This document shows, piece after piece, positions 31,791 to 43,855 of a stretch of 64,000 bases of DNA. The notes below the pieces were generated by a model that did no database searches, was not told where the DNA came from, and worked only from the letters and a program-made list of their open reading frames with translations. The stretch is taken from the NCBI RefSeq assembly GCF_009914755.1, contig NC_060944.1; one strand, 5' to 3'. Numbering within the stretch: the first letter of the stretch is position 1; every line of letters begins with the position of its first letter. Position numbers and translations under genes: made by a program. The stretch is from the human T2T-CHM13v2.0 reference genome, Homo sapiens.

Positions 31791-33090
31791 GTCTTCCCAG
31801 CTTTTTGCCTTCAGCAGGTGAAACACTTCTGATCTCCTCCACGATGGCCTTTGCTCTTGTTAGAGGTTTCAGCCACAATCCAGGATTGTGTGAAAGAGTT
31901 GATATATATGTAACAAAACATTTTGTAATGCCCCTTCTCTATCCTGAGATGAAATCTATAGGTAATGCTCAATACCTATTACGTGTAATTTAAAAAAAAA
32001 AAATTAAAGCCCTAACTGTGATGTAAGGAAGAAATGAAAGGAACATAATAGGTATTCAATATTTAAATGCTTGGTATGAGGGCATGAGAATTTTAAAATG
32101 CACCCCCCCCATATCAAAATCACCTCCCTGGGATGTAACACCCCACTGGGAACGGTTGATGCCAATGAAGGATAAAACAGCAAAGCAGGAAACCCAGGGG
32201 GGTGAGTACCGCATCTGATCACATTCAGGGCAATGAAAGCCATTGCAGCAGCAGCTTCCACAGCTCTGGGTTGCCCAGGCCTCCCTGCTCACTTGCTTTA
32301 GTGGAGGAATGGCTGCCTCCGACCAATTAGTGTATTGAACGTGTTCTGTGCCCCGCAGGATGTGTGGATGACAGGCATGGCCGTGGCTGAGAGCATTGGA
32401 GAGGTTTGTTCACAGCGCTGCTCTCAACCTGCATCCTCTCCTCAACTGAATGTGGAGGGTTGAAGAGTAGAATGTAGCTCTTCCCACCACCCTGGAGCCT
32501 CCCTTGTGTAACAGGGAGCTCCCACATTTTCAAGATAGAAAGACACAGTCCTCTAATGCCCACCCATGCTGGGGGCTTCCCCTGTGTTCTGTCAGCTGGG
32601 TCACAGAGAGACTCAGTCAACAAGACTCCATCCAAAACATCCACCCGGGTCTCTGCCCACTCAGGAACATTGTTCCCCTGATTTTCTCAGAAAACCTTAA
32701 CTTTTTGGGTTTCTTTTTTAAAACCTTGTATCAAACATCCCTTTTGTTCTCAGTCAATTCACATGTGTTTATTCAGGTTCCCGTGTTGTCTTGTTGATTA
32801 TGTTCTGCTTAGCAAATGTTTACTGAGTGCTTATTCTGGAGGAATAAGGCAAGCACGGACCCAGGAGCAAATAAGGAGATGTCTCCTCACTCAAGGGGGG
32901 TCACAATTCACAGGCCAATCCTGGCAGGAATGTGCAGCACAAGGAAGGATGGCTGAGCGCTGAGTGCCGGCCGGGCTCTCCAGGTACCAGCTCCCACATG
33001 GGATGTGCCTGTTCCTGTGAGCAGGTTTGCCCCCTTCCCATCCCGACACAGGATGGCAAGTCTTTTGGGGTTGGGATCAAGGAAGCAAGT

Positions 33091-33103
33091 GTTATTTTTA
33101 TAC

Positions 33104-33134
<31 letters not shown>

Positions 33135-33403
33135 TTTTTTATTATACTTTAAGTTCTAGGGTACATGTGTACAACGTGCAGGTTTGTTACATATGTGTAC
33201 ATGTGCCATGTTGGTGTGCTGCACCCATTAACTCGTCATTTACACTAGGTATATCTCCTAATGCTATCCCTCCCCGCTCCCCTAACCCCACAACAGGGCC
33301 CCAGTGTGTGATGTTCCCCTTCCTGTGTCCATGTGTTCTCATTGTTCAATTCCCACCTATGAGTGAGAACATGCAGTGTTTGTTTTTTTGTCCTTGCGAT
33401 AGT
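33091..33403 (-). mobile_element. 5'-truncated L1PA3/4-like 3' end whose tail has become (TA)n
   Basis: Antisense L1 3' UTR. TSD TCAAGGAAGCAAGT at 33077-33090 and 33404-33417. Confidence 0.95.
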
Positions 33404-33519
33404 TCAAGGAAGCAAGTTTTAAATGAAGTGGCCTTGCTCTTTCTTCCTCTCCCTCCCTCCCTCCCTTCCTGTTTTCCTTCCTTCCTCCTTCCTTTATTTT
33501 TTCCTTAGAAGCATAATTG

Positions 33520-33716
33520 AGTTTATCAGATTCTTCAGCTCATATCATCTTTACCAATTCATGAAAGTCTATTTTTATTTTATTATCTCTATCATCTAAG
33601 AACCCCGCCTCTGTCCCTCTTCTCCTTTTCAACACCCCCTCTAATGTGTTGGATGCATGCCCATAAACTGGCCATGCAGCCTTATCAAATATAGGGGATT
33701 ATTGTGCTGGGGCATT
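33520..33716 (+). repeat. Inverted-repeat arm (partner 34273-34464)
   Basis: About 88% identity to the reverse complement of 34273-34464. Confidence 0.93.
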
Positions 33717-34049
33717 GTGCTCTAAATCTCATTTTGTTTCTGATATTTTTCAATCAGCACAACATCTTAGAACAATACGACATTGCTGCTGCGTGCATAT
33801 CTATTCTGCTGCTCCTAACTGCTGCATAGCATTGCCTGGTATATATCCTCTACATTACATAACCCCAAAAATGGATCTCTAGTTCACCTTCAATTCTCTA
33901 GCACCCCAAACAATGTGGACGGAGCACCTGTGTGACTTTTTAAGAACCTGTCTGTGACAGCCAGTTTACATGTGATCCCAGGACAGGGGACAAGGGAGCA
34001 AATTCCATCTCAACTGGAGCAGGTGGCCCGGAGGGAGCAGGCATGAATG

Positions 34050-34464
34050 TTGTTGCAGCTGCTTTCGCCTCATACTCATGCTATGCTGTGTCTGTTTACT
34101 TGTGTGATCCCTGCCCTCCCAAGATGAAAATGTAAAATTCCATGAGAACACTGACTTCAGTGGTTCACAGTGGATAAAGAAAGAAACTTCAATTCTTTAG
34201 AAAGCAGGGATCCCTCTAATAAGTGCCATTTTTAGGAGCTGAGCTCTAAATCTCATTTTGTTTCTTCAAAGAAATGCCCCAGTACAATAACCCCATATAT
34301 TTGATAAGGCTGCATGACTTGTTTATGGGTATGCGTCCAACATATTAGAGGGGGTGATGAAAAGGAGAAAAGGAACAGAGGCGGAGTTCTTGGATGATAG
34401 AGATAATAAAAAAAGACTTTCGTTAATTGGCAAAGATGATATGGGCTGAAGAATCTGATAAACT
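34050..34464. repeat. Mosaic block made of copies of flanking DNA
   Basis: 34050-34239 = reverse complement of 35356-35836 minus the Alu. 34243-34265 = exact direct copy of 33719-33741. 34273-34464 = reverse complement of 33520-33716. Confidence 0.9.
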
Positions 34465-35413
34465 AAGAGAATAAACATGAGAGGATCCTGGTGTGTTGCT
34501 CTGATCTCCAATGTCTATCTTTGAAGAAATGAAGGAAGAAATGCATGAGGGATCTGGGGAACACTTGTAGAGGAGGCGAAACCTTGAGAAAAGCCAGCTG
34601 CACTCCTGAGTCCACCTCCTTGGAAAGCATTCTTGGAGCTGACCTTGCCCTCCTTCACCCACACCCACCCACCCTGCAGCACAGAGCGCAGAGAGCCCCG
34701 TGGGCTGGCCTTGTGCAATCCTCTCTCCTTTGTGAGGAGGGGAGCCCCTGACCACCAGATCTTCTTCTGACACATCTCTTGTGACTCCAGCATAACCTCC
34801 CACCGAAGCACGGAGCCTTTGGGCCAGTTAGTGCCCCTGCACTTAGGGAATTTTAAAAGAGCTGTTTGCATGTGTTTTCCAGGTTGCCAGGAGCAAAGCT
34901 ACTGAGGCCCTGAAGAGCTCATCAGGTGATGACAGCGCCTGCTGGGATGTCGGGGAAAAGAGGAGCTGGGGCCACTGGGCCTCTCTGACAAACAGAAAGC
35001 CAGGCCTGAAACCCGAGTAGCGTTTGTATCCACCTCCCTCAGCCCATGTGTGGCCGCCTGGCCGGCTGCTGTCTTAGTTCCTCCACGTGGCACTTGTTGA
35101 GCACCTGTCTCTGGCTGGAATGCCGGGTGCCAGAAGAAACTCTGCAAGTAAAACTCAACCATCCCAGGACACTGGAAAATCACCACTGTGATGGGCCAAC
35201 TCTGGTTCCCAGTGACATTGTAAGTTGCTCCCGAATCGCCTTTTCCAAGGCTTAATCGGCTGAAGTCGATGTGCAGAAACTCATCAACAGAACTTTCAGA
35301 AAGGAGAAGCGAAAATGGGCTGCCCCGAAGATGAGGTCTTGCACCTCGCCAAGTGGCTCCTAAAAGGCCACTTATTGGAAGGATCCCTGTCTTCTAAAGA
35401 ATTGAAATTTCTT

Positions 35414-35702
35414 GGCCGGGCATGTTGGCTCACGCCTGTAATCCCAGCAATTTGGGAGGCCAAAGCGGGTGGGTCACCTGAGGTCAGGAGTTCAAGACCA
35501 GCCTGGCCAACATGGTGAAACCCCATCTCTACTAAAAATACAAAAATTACCCGGGCATGCTGGCAGGCACCTGTAATCCTAGCTAAGGAGGCTGAGACAA
35601 GAGAATTGCTTGAATCTGGGAGGCGGAGGTTGCACTGAACCGAGATTGTGCCATTGCACTCCAGCCTGGGCTAAACTCTGTCTCAAAAAAAAAAAAAAAA
35701 AA
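35414..35702 (+). mobile_element. AluS (Sx/Sq-like) inserted in the inverted-repeat arm 35356-35836
   Basis: Dimer with A-tail; the uninterrupted site is preserved in the inverted copy near 34170-34195. Confidence 0.96.
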
Positions 35703-35704
35703 TT

Positions 35705-36320
35705 TATCCACTGTGAACAACCAAAGTCACCATTATCATGGAATTTTACATTTTTCATTTTGAGGGGGTGGGGCAGGGATCACACAACTAAACAGACACA
35801 GAATAAAAGGAGTATGACAGGAAAACGGCCGCAGCAAAAAGCTAAGCAGGATCCAATGCTAGAGGGTGACAGGCGGCCACTGTCCCAGGACGTCTAGGGA
35901 AGACTCCTTCAGAAAGGCGAGGTTGGAGCAGAGGCTGGGAGCTGAGAGAGTAAGCCACGAATCTAGGGCAAGATGCCCCAGAAAGGAGAAGAGATGTGCA
36001 AAGATTGGAATGTCAGGTACTGGAAGGAAGCCAACACCGCTCGACAGGATGAGGGAGAGGGGCCGGCAGGGCAGGGAGGGGTCAGGGGCAGCCAGATCAC
36101 TGGGAGCCTGTGGACCATGGCTTGGGTGTCGGATAGGGTTTGATGAACAGCCCACTGAGGGTCCCGAGAAGAGGGTGATGCTGGACTAGCTGCTGAGTAG
36201 TGGGATGGCTGTAATAGCATGAGAACATTTCAGGGAGCTGTGGAAGCACAGGGCACAGATGATGGTAGCTCACACTAAGGTGGGGAGAGCAGTTGGATGT
36301 AGACGACTTTTGAGGATAAA
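35705..36320 (-). mobile_element. L2 fragment
   Basis: Antisense L2 motifs (GGGAAGACTCCTTCAGAAAGG; GCCAGATCACTGGGAGCCTGTGGACCATGG). Confidence 0.65.
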
Positions 36321-36429
36321 TCTGATTTCAAGAGAGGAGAAGATAGGATGTCTTCATTTCTGCAGAATCTGCTTTTAGAGACAAACAGCAAAACAAGGCC
36401 AGCTAGATGGTTCTGTAACTTGAAAGGTA

Positions 36430-36860
36430 AATCTCTGGATGCTGGGGTCCATGGCCCAGATCATCCCTTCAAGACCAAGCCCCTGATGTCCCTCTGCAGG
36501 GCTTCTGGCTGCTGTCAGCTGACAGCTATATTTCTCTAGGCATTGCACCTCCCCAAGACAATGGCCTCACCCTAGCCTATATCCCCTCCCCGGGACAACA
36601 CAGGCTCAGTGGCTGGTCTACTCAGTGGTAAAAAGGCCCAGCCATGCTGCCTCAATTTGAATGAAAAAGAAGTGCCTTCCATCTCCAGGGTCCCCTTGGA
36701 GATTGGCGAGGCCTCCTGGGCAACTGCACTGCACTTTAGCTTCTCTCTTTGCCCAGCCCTTCTCCTCCACTGTCGGGTGTTGCTGAGAACACTCCCTGTG
36801 AACCTGCCACAGGAAAATATCCACCTCCCAGTCTGTTTTCCTGAAACCTGACTTCAGATA
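36430..36860 (+). mobile_element. LTR16-family ERVL LTR
   Basis: 3' end GAGAACACTCCCTGTGAACC...CCACCTCCCAGTCTGTTTTCCTGAAACCTGAC. Confidence 0.65.
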
Positions 36861-38014
36861 TAATCAACTCCTCAGCGGCTACAATGCAGGTAGAGGCCCA
36901 TCTAATTACATCTTCTGATGGAAGGTGTTGGTGGGGAGCAGGGGGAGATTCACATTTCAAATGGCAAAATCTAAAAAAAGAGGAAAAGCATCTCATAGCT
37001 ATAAATGAATAAGAAGCACCTAAGATAAGTTTTCAGATGTGATTCAGTGGTAGAGAAGAACAAGCTGTAGAACTTTCTAGTACATGGCTAGCAGGGCTGA
37101 GTAAATAGGATGACTTGTAACAGAGCCAAAAGTGTTTGGCCATCACAAAGCTCTTTGACAAGATCTGAAGTCCAGATATTTGGCCACTCATTTCTGAGTC
37201 ATGAAAATCCTAAATGTGGTTGAATGTTCCTGTCCTTTATCCCTGCTCCCAGGAGCATCTTCCTTGTTCCTTTTGTAGTATTCTTCAGGGACTGACTCTC
37301 CACCCCCGAAAAATGGTGTGCCCTGTATCACCAAACCATGTGGGCAGTGTGGCCTCATTGGGTCTGGGGGTCTTGTTGTCCTGTAAGTGGGCTGGGGAGC
37401 TCTTGGGAGACTGAACATGCCAAGCAAATGAGAGTCCTGCTGATCACAGTGGCATGGATGTCCCCAAATACTCGGTGGAGAGCAGGAAGAAGGAGTTGTT
37501 CATAGAGATGTTATTTTCAATAACAGAGAATAGAGGGGGGCAAGAGGACAGGTAAGAAGCACCTGTCAGTGACAAGGGATGGGAGAGCATGGGGAGAACA
37601 CAGATATCAAGGAAAATCAAAGATCTGCAGGGAAAGCATTAATGCTGAAACCCAAAGCCGCCTCCTCCAGCTTGTGGCTCCCAGCAGAGAGCAGGTCAGT
37701 TTCACACCACTTTTCTTCTCTAAGCAGCAGTGATCACTGGTGCTAGAGCCCTTGACAATGGCTTGTCCAGGGGAGGCCCTGCCCTTGGCCTTAGACGAGA
37801 CCCCCAAGTGCTATTTGGAAAGCTGGGGATTTGGGTTTCACATCCAGGAGAAAGGGCCCTGTTCAATGGCCATAGTTGGATTAATGCTTAGGGCTGTGGT
37901 GATGGAGGGGAGGAGCCAGCAGTGTGCCTGACAGAGCAAATCACCCGCCTCAAGGGATTCTGAAGGAAAGGAGAGAGCCGTTAAAGAAAGCACGGGCAGC
38001 ATAGCCTGTGCTGG

Positions 38015-38100
38015 AGTCTCCTGGGATCCAGACCAGGAACACACATTTTTAACAAGATCCCCAGATGATTCTGGGGCACACTACGTTCGAGAACCGCTAG
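38015..38100. mobile_element. MER5-type hAT MITE fragment
   Basis: CATTTTTAACAAGATCCCCAGATGATTCTG...TTCGAGAACCGCT. Confidence 0.65.
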
Positions 38101-38799
38101 ATGAAGGGCTCTCTCCCATCTTGTGAGTCTTCACCTCTTCCCATAAAAAACCGAGATTGTTTTGTTCTTCTCTCTCTGCTCTCCCTATTAGGATTACCTT
38201 AAGCCACGGATTTTTGTCATAATTTCTATCCAAGGTACACCACCCCTTTGAGAATTTAACCAACGAACGAAACCCCCAAATTCCATTTCAAATCTTTCTT
38301 ATTTATTTGCTTCAGGAAGGTAGGCCCCAATTGGCCATTAAGAAAGTGTGGTGTCATTTACTTAACGGGTCCTCCGGATTTATCTAGCTGGCTTTCCAGT
38401 TAAATGCAACCAGAGGTTTTCATTCAATGTCACAGTACATTAAGCTAACAGTTTCATTTCTTCCCAGACCTAAAGGAACAATGTATTTATTAAAGCATTT
38501 TGATCCTTTGGAGACAGATTAATCAGAAGCTTGTGTCAGTTTTGTATGATAAAATGAGTCAATAAGCAGAAATGGGCATTGACATTACATAAACTGAACA
38601 CGAGTGGTACAATGCATATTTGTGGTGTCACAGAGAAAAATTAGGAAAAATTTTGCAGTATTCCATTATCATTATTAAACGATTACATCTCAGTTTTCAG
38701 GCTGTGTGCAGGTGGGGGTGTGTTTGTTTGTATGTATTTGTTATGGGACAGATCTATTTTTTAAAAAAGAATAGTGGATGAATTTGAACATGGACTTTG

Positions 38800-38945
38800 G
38801 AACTAAAGGCTAATGCTGTAAGACGTTTCTCCTTAGCTTTGCCATGGCTTTGACGGCCACAGTTTCAGTCACAGTGTCAAAGCAACCACAGACAACACCT
38901 AAACAGATAGGTGAGGCTACTTTCCAATAAAACTTTATCATACTG
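38800..38945 (+). mobile_element. MER58A-like fragment
   Basis: AAAGCAACCACAGACAACACCTAAACAGATAGGTGAGGCTACTTTCCAATAAAACTTTAT. Confidence 0.6.
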
Positions 38946-39907
38946 AAAATAATAAGCAGTCAGCACATTGGCCTAGAGAAATGAAACAAACAAAAGAAGC
39001 TGACATCTGTTTGTCTCCAAAGGAACAATCTGGTTTTGGATCTCCTTATCACAAGTCTGTTTATTCACTGGCAGTCTATTTTCACCTTGGATTTTAGTAT
39101 TTTTTAGTATTTTGAGTATTTCAGTATTTAGCATTTAGTATTAGTTCAACTTTCAGGAATTAATTCGGGAAATAGGTTTTTTGTGTTACACTTCTTGTAA
39201 TTAGAGACTCTTCTGGGCAGATGTTTCATTCTAATGTACCCCTGTCCTTCTGGGAAATCATAGAGATGGTAGTTTACAGCCAACGGCTTCATAGTGGAGA
39301 ACGGTCATTTGTTTTAAACACTAGTCAGTCCCTGACATTTTTCTCACTTTTTAAAAAATTAAACAATTTGAATAAAATTTAATTGTGTTAAAATGGAGAT
39401 TAGCATGATCATTTAATATAAGTAGGGAAAGGTCTTTTATTTTGACTAGGGAACTCTGAAATTCAATAAATGACAAAGCTAATTAGATACCAAGGGCGAG
39501 TGTCTGATTTGTTAATCCTGTAACTGAAATGAGACTTGCTGGGAACACTATCAAACTGGCGGTTTTGAACTTCCAAAAAGCGCATTCCTCCTGTTCCTAA
39601 CTTAAGGAAAAACAAATTCAGACCGAGTGTTACTATAGAAAGCCGAATCTCTCTCTTGTTCTGCTAATAATGAATTATTATTCATGCTCGAAGCCAAAAT
39701 TATTAACCTCTTAAATTATATGCATCAAAAGGAGATGACTCTATCTAAAACCAGGAACAAAATTAGATATGGGTGATAGTGTCTCTGGCTGTCTAATGAC
39801 AACCCGCTCCCTTCCTAATTTAATTAGCCCACTCTCCGGAAGCAGGAATCACCAAGCTGAAGAGCTGTGTGTGAAGGCTTCTCCGTAAATGTGAGTCAAA
39901 CAACGTA

Positions 39908-39987
39908 TTCGGTTGGTGCAAAGGTAATTGTGGTTTCTGCCATTGAAAGTAAAGGCAAGAACCTCAATTACCTTTGCAGCGACCTAA
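39908..39987. mobile_element. MADE1 (Hsmar1 mariner MITE), 80-bp palindrome
   Basis: TTCGGTTGGTGCAAAGGTAATTG...CAATTACCTTTGCAGCGACCTAA, flanked by TA duplication (39906-39907 and 39988-39989). Confidence 0.95.
39917..39980 (+). ncRNA. MIR548AG2: miR-548 family pre-miRNA hairpin; mature candidate AAAGGUAAUUGUGGUUUCUGC at 39920-39940
   Basis: MADE1-derived hairpin. The sequence matches my recollection of hsa-mir-548ag-2 and mature miR-548ag; not database-verified. Confidence 0.8.
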
Positions 39988-42900
39988 TACACGCCCACCA
40001 TGGGTTTCCTCCTGGGGACACACAGCTGTTTAGCAGCCCAGCCTTCGCTTTTAGTTAGGAGCTCAGGGAAGGAAGTAGGAGAAGGCTGGGAGAAACAGAA
40101 AGAGAGAGTTTAATCCATCTGGAATTCAGGCAGCCCCTTCCCTTTCTATGGATAAACCACACTGGTCCTCCCTCTGCAGGTTGAGGCGGAATCTGTGCAC
40201 CAACGAATAGTGACAACAAATATCTGGCTCGCAAAACGCTTTCACAGATATACTGTTGAAGGCCCATGAACACTTCATCCAGGAGTTATTATTGTGCCTA
40301 AGTTACAGAGGGAGAAAAAGAGGCTTAGAGAGTTTGGGGAGTTTTTGGGGGACCATAAAGAAAATCCCAGAAAATCTAACGCAGCTGGGTGCAAAGACAC
40401 TGGGTACATTTTAATCACAATTGGGTTTGGCCAAGCGCTCCCTGGGTTCAAGTGTGCTGGTGACAATGACTTAACAGAGTCTGCCTGCTCATTTGCTTGT
40501 TTTCCAGGCAATTGCTTTCATGGTGTCAGCAGCTCTCACATCAGCGCTCTGGGCCTTTCTTTTTCCTCTTGGTTACAAGGCTGGATGCATTACTGTCCTG
40601 GACTAAATTGGAGTTGCTTAGCAAGCAGGAAGACAAGGGCGGGGAGGGTTCCTATCCAGCCAGCAGCTCTCAGTGCTTGCCAGAACACAGCACCAGCCTT
40701 TTAACCTGAGACGGTGTCGTTGTTGGAAGCCTTGGATTGAAGCCACTTCCAACAGCACACCATCTCCTGATCACAGGAAGCATCTGTGGGCTAAGGACTG
40801 AAGCCTCTTTGGCACAAAAGTCACAAAAATGCTCTCCAGTTATGATGTGCGAAAGTTCTATATTTTGTGCAATATAAAGCAACAGACATAGGAACAGGTT
40901 TACTGAGACACAATCTCTTTGAAGAACAAGTTCCTGAAAGAAAGCTGAAAGTTTGCCATCAAGCAAACCAGCAGAATTTGTGTTTTTATAGAAATTACAT
41001 ATCTGGGCAGAACCCGAGGAAGAGCAGCAAAGTCACTGCATCCCTTGGCTCCTCCCAACGGGGCTGGTTGGCAAATTAAAAACGAGATGAGGAAGGGTTG
41101 GGACACCACGTACTCCATCTGTTCCTCACAGTGCAGGGCTAATATATGACCAGGCTTTGGTGGGAAAACAGCCCAGGCACACGCTGCCTGTCATGTCCCT
41201 CTGTGGGCAGAGGCCAACAAGGATCCAGACCTCTGGACTGGAAAGGCAGATGTGGAAGAAGTGGAAGAACTGTGACATCCTCCAGCGTTTTGTCCTACAG
41301 GGCTGGCTGTCTCTTTCCCCTGTTCAGTGCCCATGGATCAGACACAGGCTCTGTATTGACGACGCTGTGAGCACGTAGGCTTCATCATCATGTCAACAGG
41401 TCCCTCTTTCCTCAGCTTTTCTTCTTTATTTGCTGTAAGAGCATAATTAAAACAATAAAATGCCTCCTGGATATTTAATGATGTGACACCAACACTGGTG
41501 ATACATGGTGTTACAGATACTTATTAGAGACCACACGCTTTACACCCCTTTCTTTATGTCATTGGATACTTGAAAGGGCCCTCTGAGGAAGAGGGCGTAT
41601 CATAATCATAGGACTAACCCATAGGACCCAGTTAGTCTGGAACCTGTTTCCACCTTTTGCCGTGACATAATGACACATTGTCCCTTTGTGCTCTTAAAAG
41701 CACCCCAGTTTGAAAAACAACATGCATGGTTACCCTATTGTGGCCACACTTTGTGTGCCAGGAAGTTGAAGACCAGAGGGGATAATTGCCCAGAGATTCA
41801 CAGGGTAAGAGGGGCCAGGCTTGCAGTTTAGCTCAGGGGTTCCTGGTGTCACAAGCAAGACCCTGAGCCGGGAATTGTGCTCCCCTGCATGTCCCATGAG
41901 GGCGTGTGAAGCAGGGTGGCTTGCAGACGATTGTAGACATCCAGGAAGGCCCACCTGCAGATGGCGAAAGACAAGCCAGAGGGTCCTGAGAATCCACATT
42001 TCAACAGAACTAAATAAAAAGCAAATGACAATTTTGAGAAATTGTGATAGCGTGCAAAACACGAGCAGCACCCACCTGCACGGCCTCATCCTTGCCGTCC
42101 CCCCATCTGGCTCTGCACTGGGCTCGGGGCTGGATTCAGCCATAGGGGAGCTACACCTGCTCAGACTACCAGCCAGGTGGAGAAATGGGGGGGAAAAGTG
42201 TTTTAAAGGCTGTTCCTCTTTCACAAAACACAAAGTCCTACTTAGGAGAAAATAAAACTTTTGATGGACTTCCTTAGGTTTCTTTTATGGTTTTGTCTTC
42301 TTTAATTTTGAATTGTGTATGGATGAGTGAGGGGTCCTGTGTTCTTTCCCTACAGTGCACATTCTGTAGGTCTTCATGAAACCCAACCTGTATCTCAGTG
42401 AAGGGAGAAAATCCTAACAAGAGGAATTTGTACTCCACAGAAGGTTGCGTCTGCGTCAACTCAAGTCAGTTGGTGAAGGCTCCTCAGCCCATCAACAGTG
42501 AGCATGGTAGAGCTCTGTGTGCCCCAGCTGCTCTGGCTCAGTCTGAGGACTGCTGATCCAATGGCCGCACTCAGCGGGACACTTAGCCGACCAAAGGGTG
42601 TGGAGGAGGCTCCCTCAGGGTGGGGCCCCAATGAGAAAGGCTATCCTTTAAGACAGGACACATAAAATAACAGAGTTATCAGTGGCAATGGGGCATCTTG
42701 CCTTGGAGTTTGTATGTTTGAGTCCATAACTGGCCTTTGAACAAGGCAGGGTCTCCTGCTTTAGATTGTACCTGCCTAATTCAAGACAAATCCAGCTGAG
42801 GTGTGTCAGGGCCTCCTGCTTCCCAGCTGGGGCAGTGACTACACAAATACAGGTTGCAGTTTGCCAACTTGTGCAAAACTATGTGACTTTCGACTACATT

Positions 42901-43474
42901 TTAACTAGGAGAAATTGGCAACGTTTTGAATTCTGTGCCTAAACCTGGAGTTGACTTACTGTTCCACTTGGCATTAACGCTGCATCATTCAAATGCATGG
43001 GAACACCTACTCTGAGAGACGCTATACATTTTTAAGGTGTTCTATCTGGAAATGTCAACACAGAACTACATGGATTTTCTCTAAGTAATTAATTTATTAC
43101 CTTGACTATTGCTCAGGAAAAAGCAAACACTAGAAAGGAGCTGATTAAAAACAATTTCTTCTCAAGAAAACATTGAGAAGCCAGAAAGAGAACTCGATGC
43201 ATTCCTTGAGCCACTAAGAACAATCCACATGATCTGTCAGACACTACCAGGACACCCCAAGTGTTTCCCAGGGAGGGTTTCTCTGGACAAGTCTGAAGGG
43301 CCTCTGGGGTGTCCACCATTGCTCTGACACATGCATATGTGATTTCCCGCAGGATCCCTGACATGCCACTCCTGTCTCAAGACCCCAGATGATAGACACA
43401 ACTTCTTTAGCTGCTGCTTTCAGCTGAGCTCCAGGTCCACAAATCTAAGCTCATGTTAATTTGGAAACAGAATG

Positions 43475-43855
43475 TGTGATAGTTCATTTCCATAGGTCCA
43501 CTCTGCTGGGCCGCAGCACCCAGATATTTGGTCAAAGGTTATTCTGTATGTTTCATGAGGGTGTTTTGAAGGGGATTAGTATTTAAATCGCTAGAGTTGG
43601 AGTAAAGCAGATATTACCCTCCATAATATGGGTGGGCCTAATCCAGTCAGTAGTGGCTTTCATAGAACAAAGTTTGGTGTCTACCCTGGGCAAGGAGGAA
43701 TTCTGCCAGCAGATGGCCTTTGGCTCAAACTGCAAGTCTTTCCTGAGTCTCCAGCCTGCTGGCCTATTGTATAAGATTTTGGACTCTCTAAGCTTCCACA
43801 ATTGAGTGAGACAATCCCTTAAAATACATTTCCCTGTCTCTCTCCCTCTCTTTCT
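43475..43855 (+). mobile_element. MLT2 (C/D-like) ERVL LTR
   Basis: CCCAGATATTTGGTCAAA...GAGTAAAGCAGATATTACCCTCCATAATATGGGTGGGCCTAATCCAGTCAG. Confidence 0.85.

Noticed and set aside
41730-42255. Overlapping 167-aa and 144-aa ORFs on opposite strands
   Set aside because: No homology recognised; such ORFs are expected in moderately GC-rich DNA.
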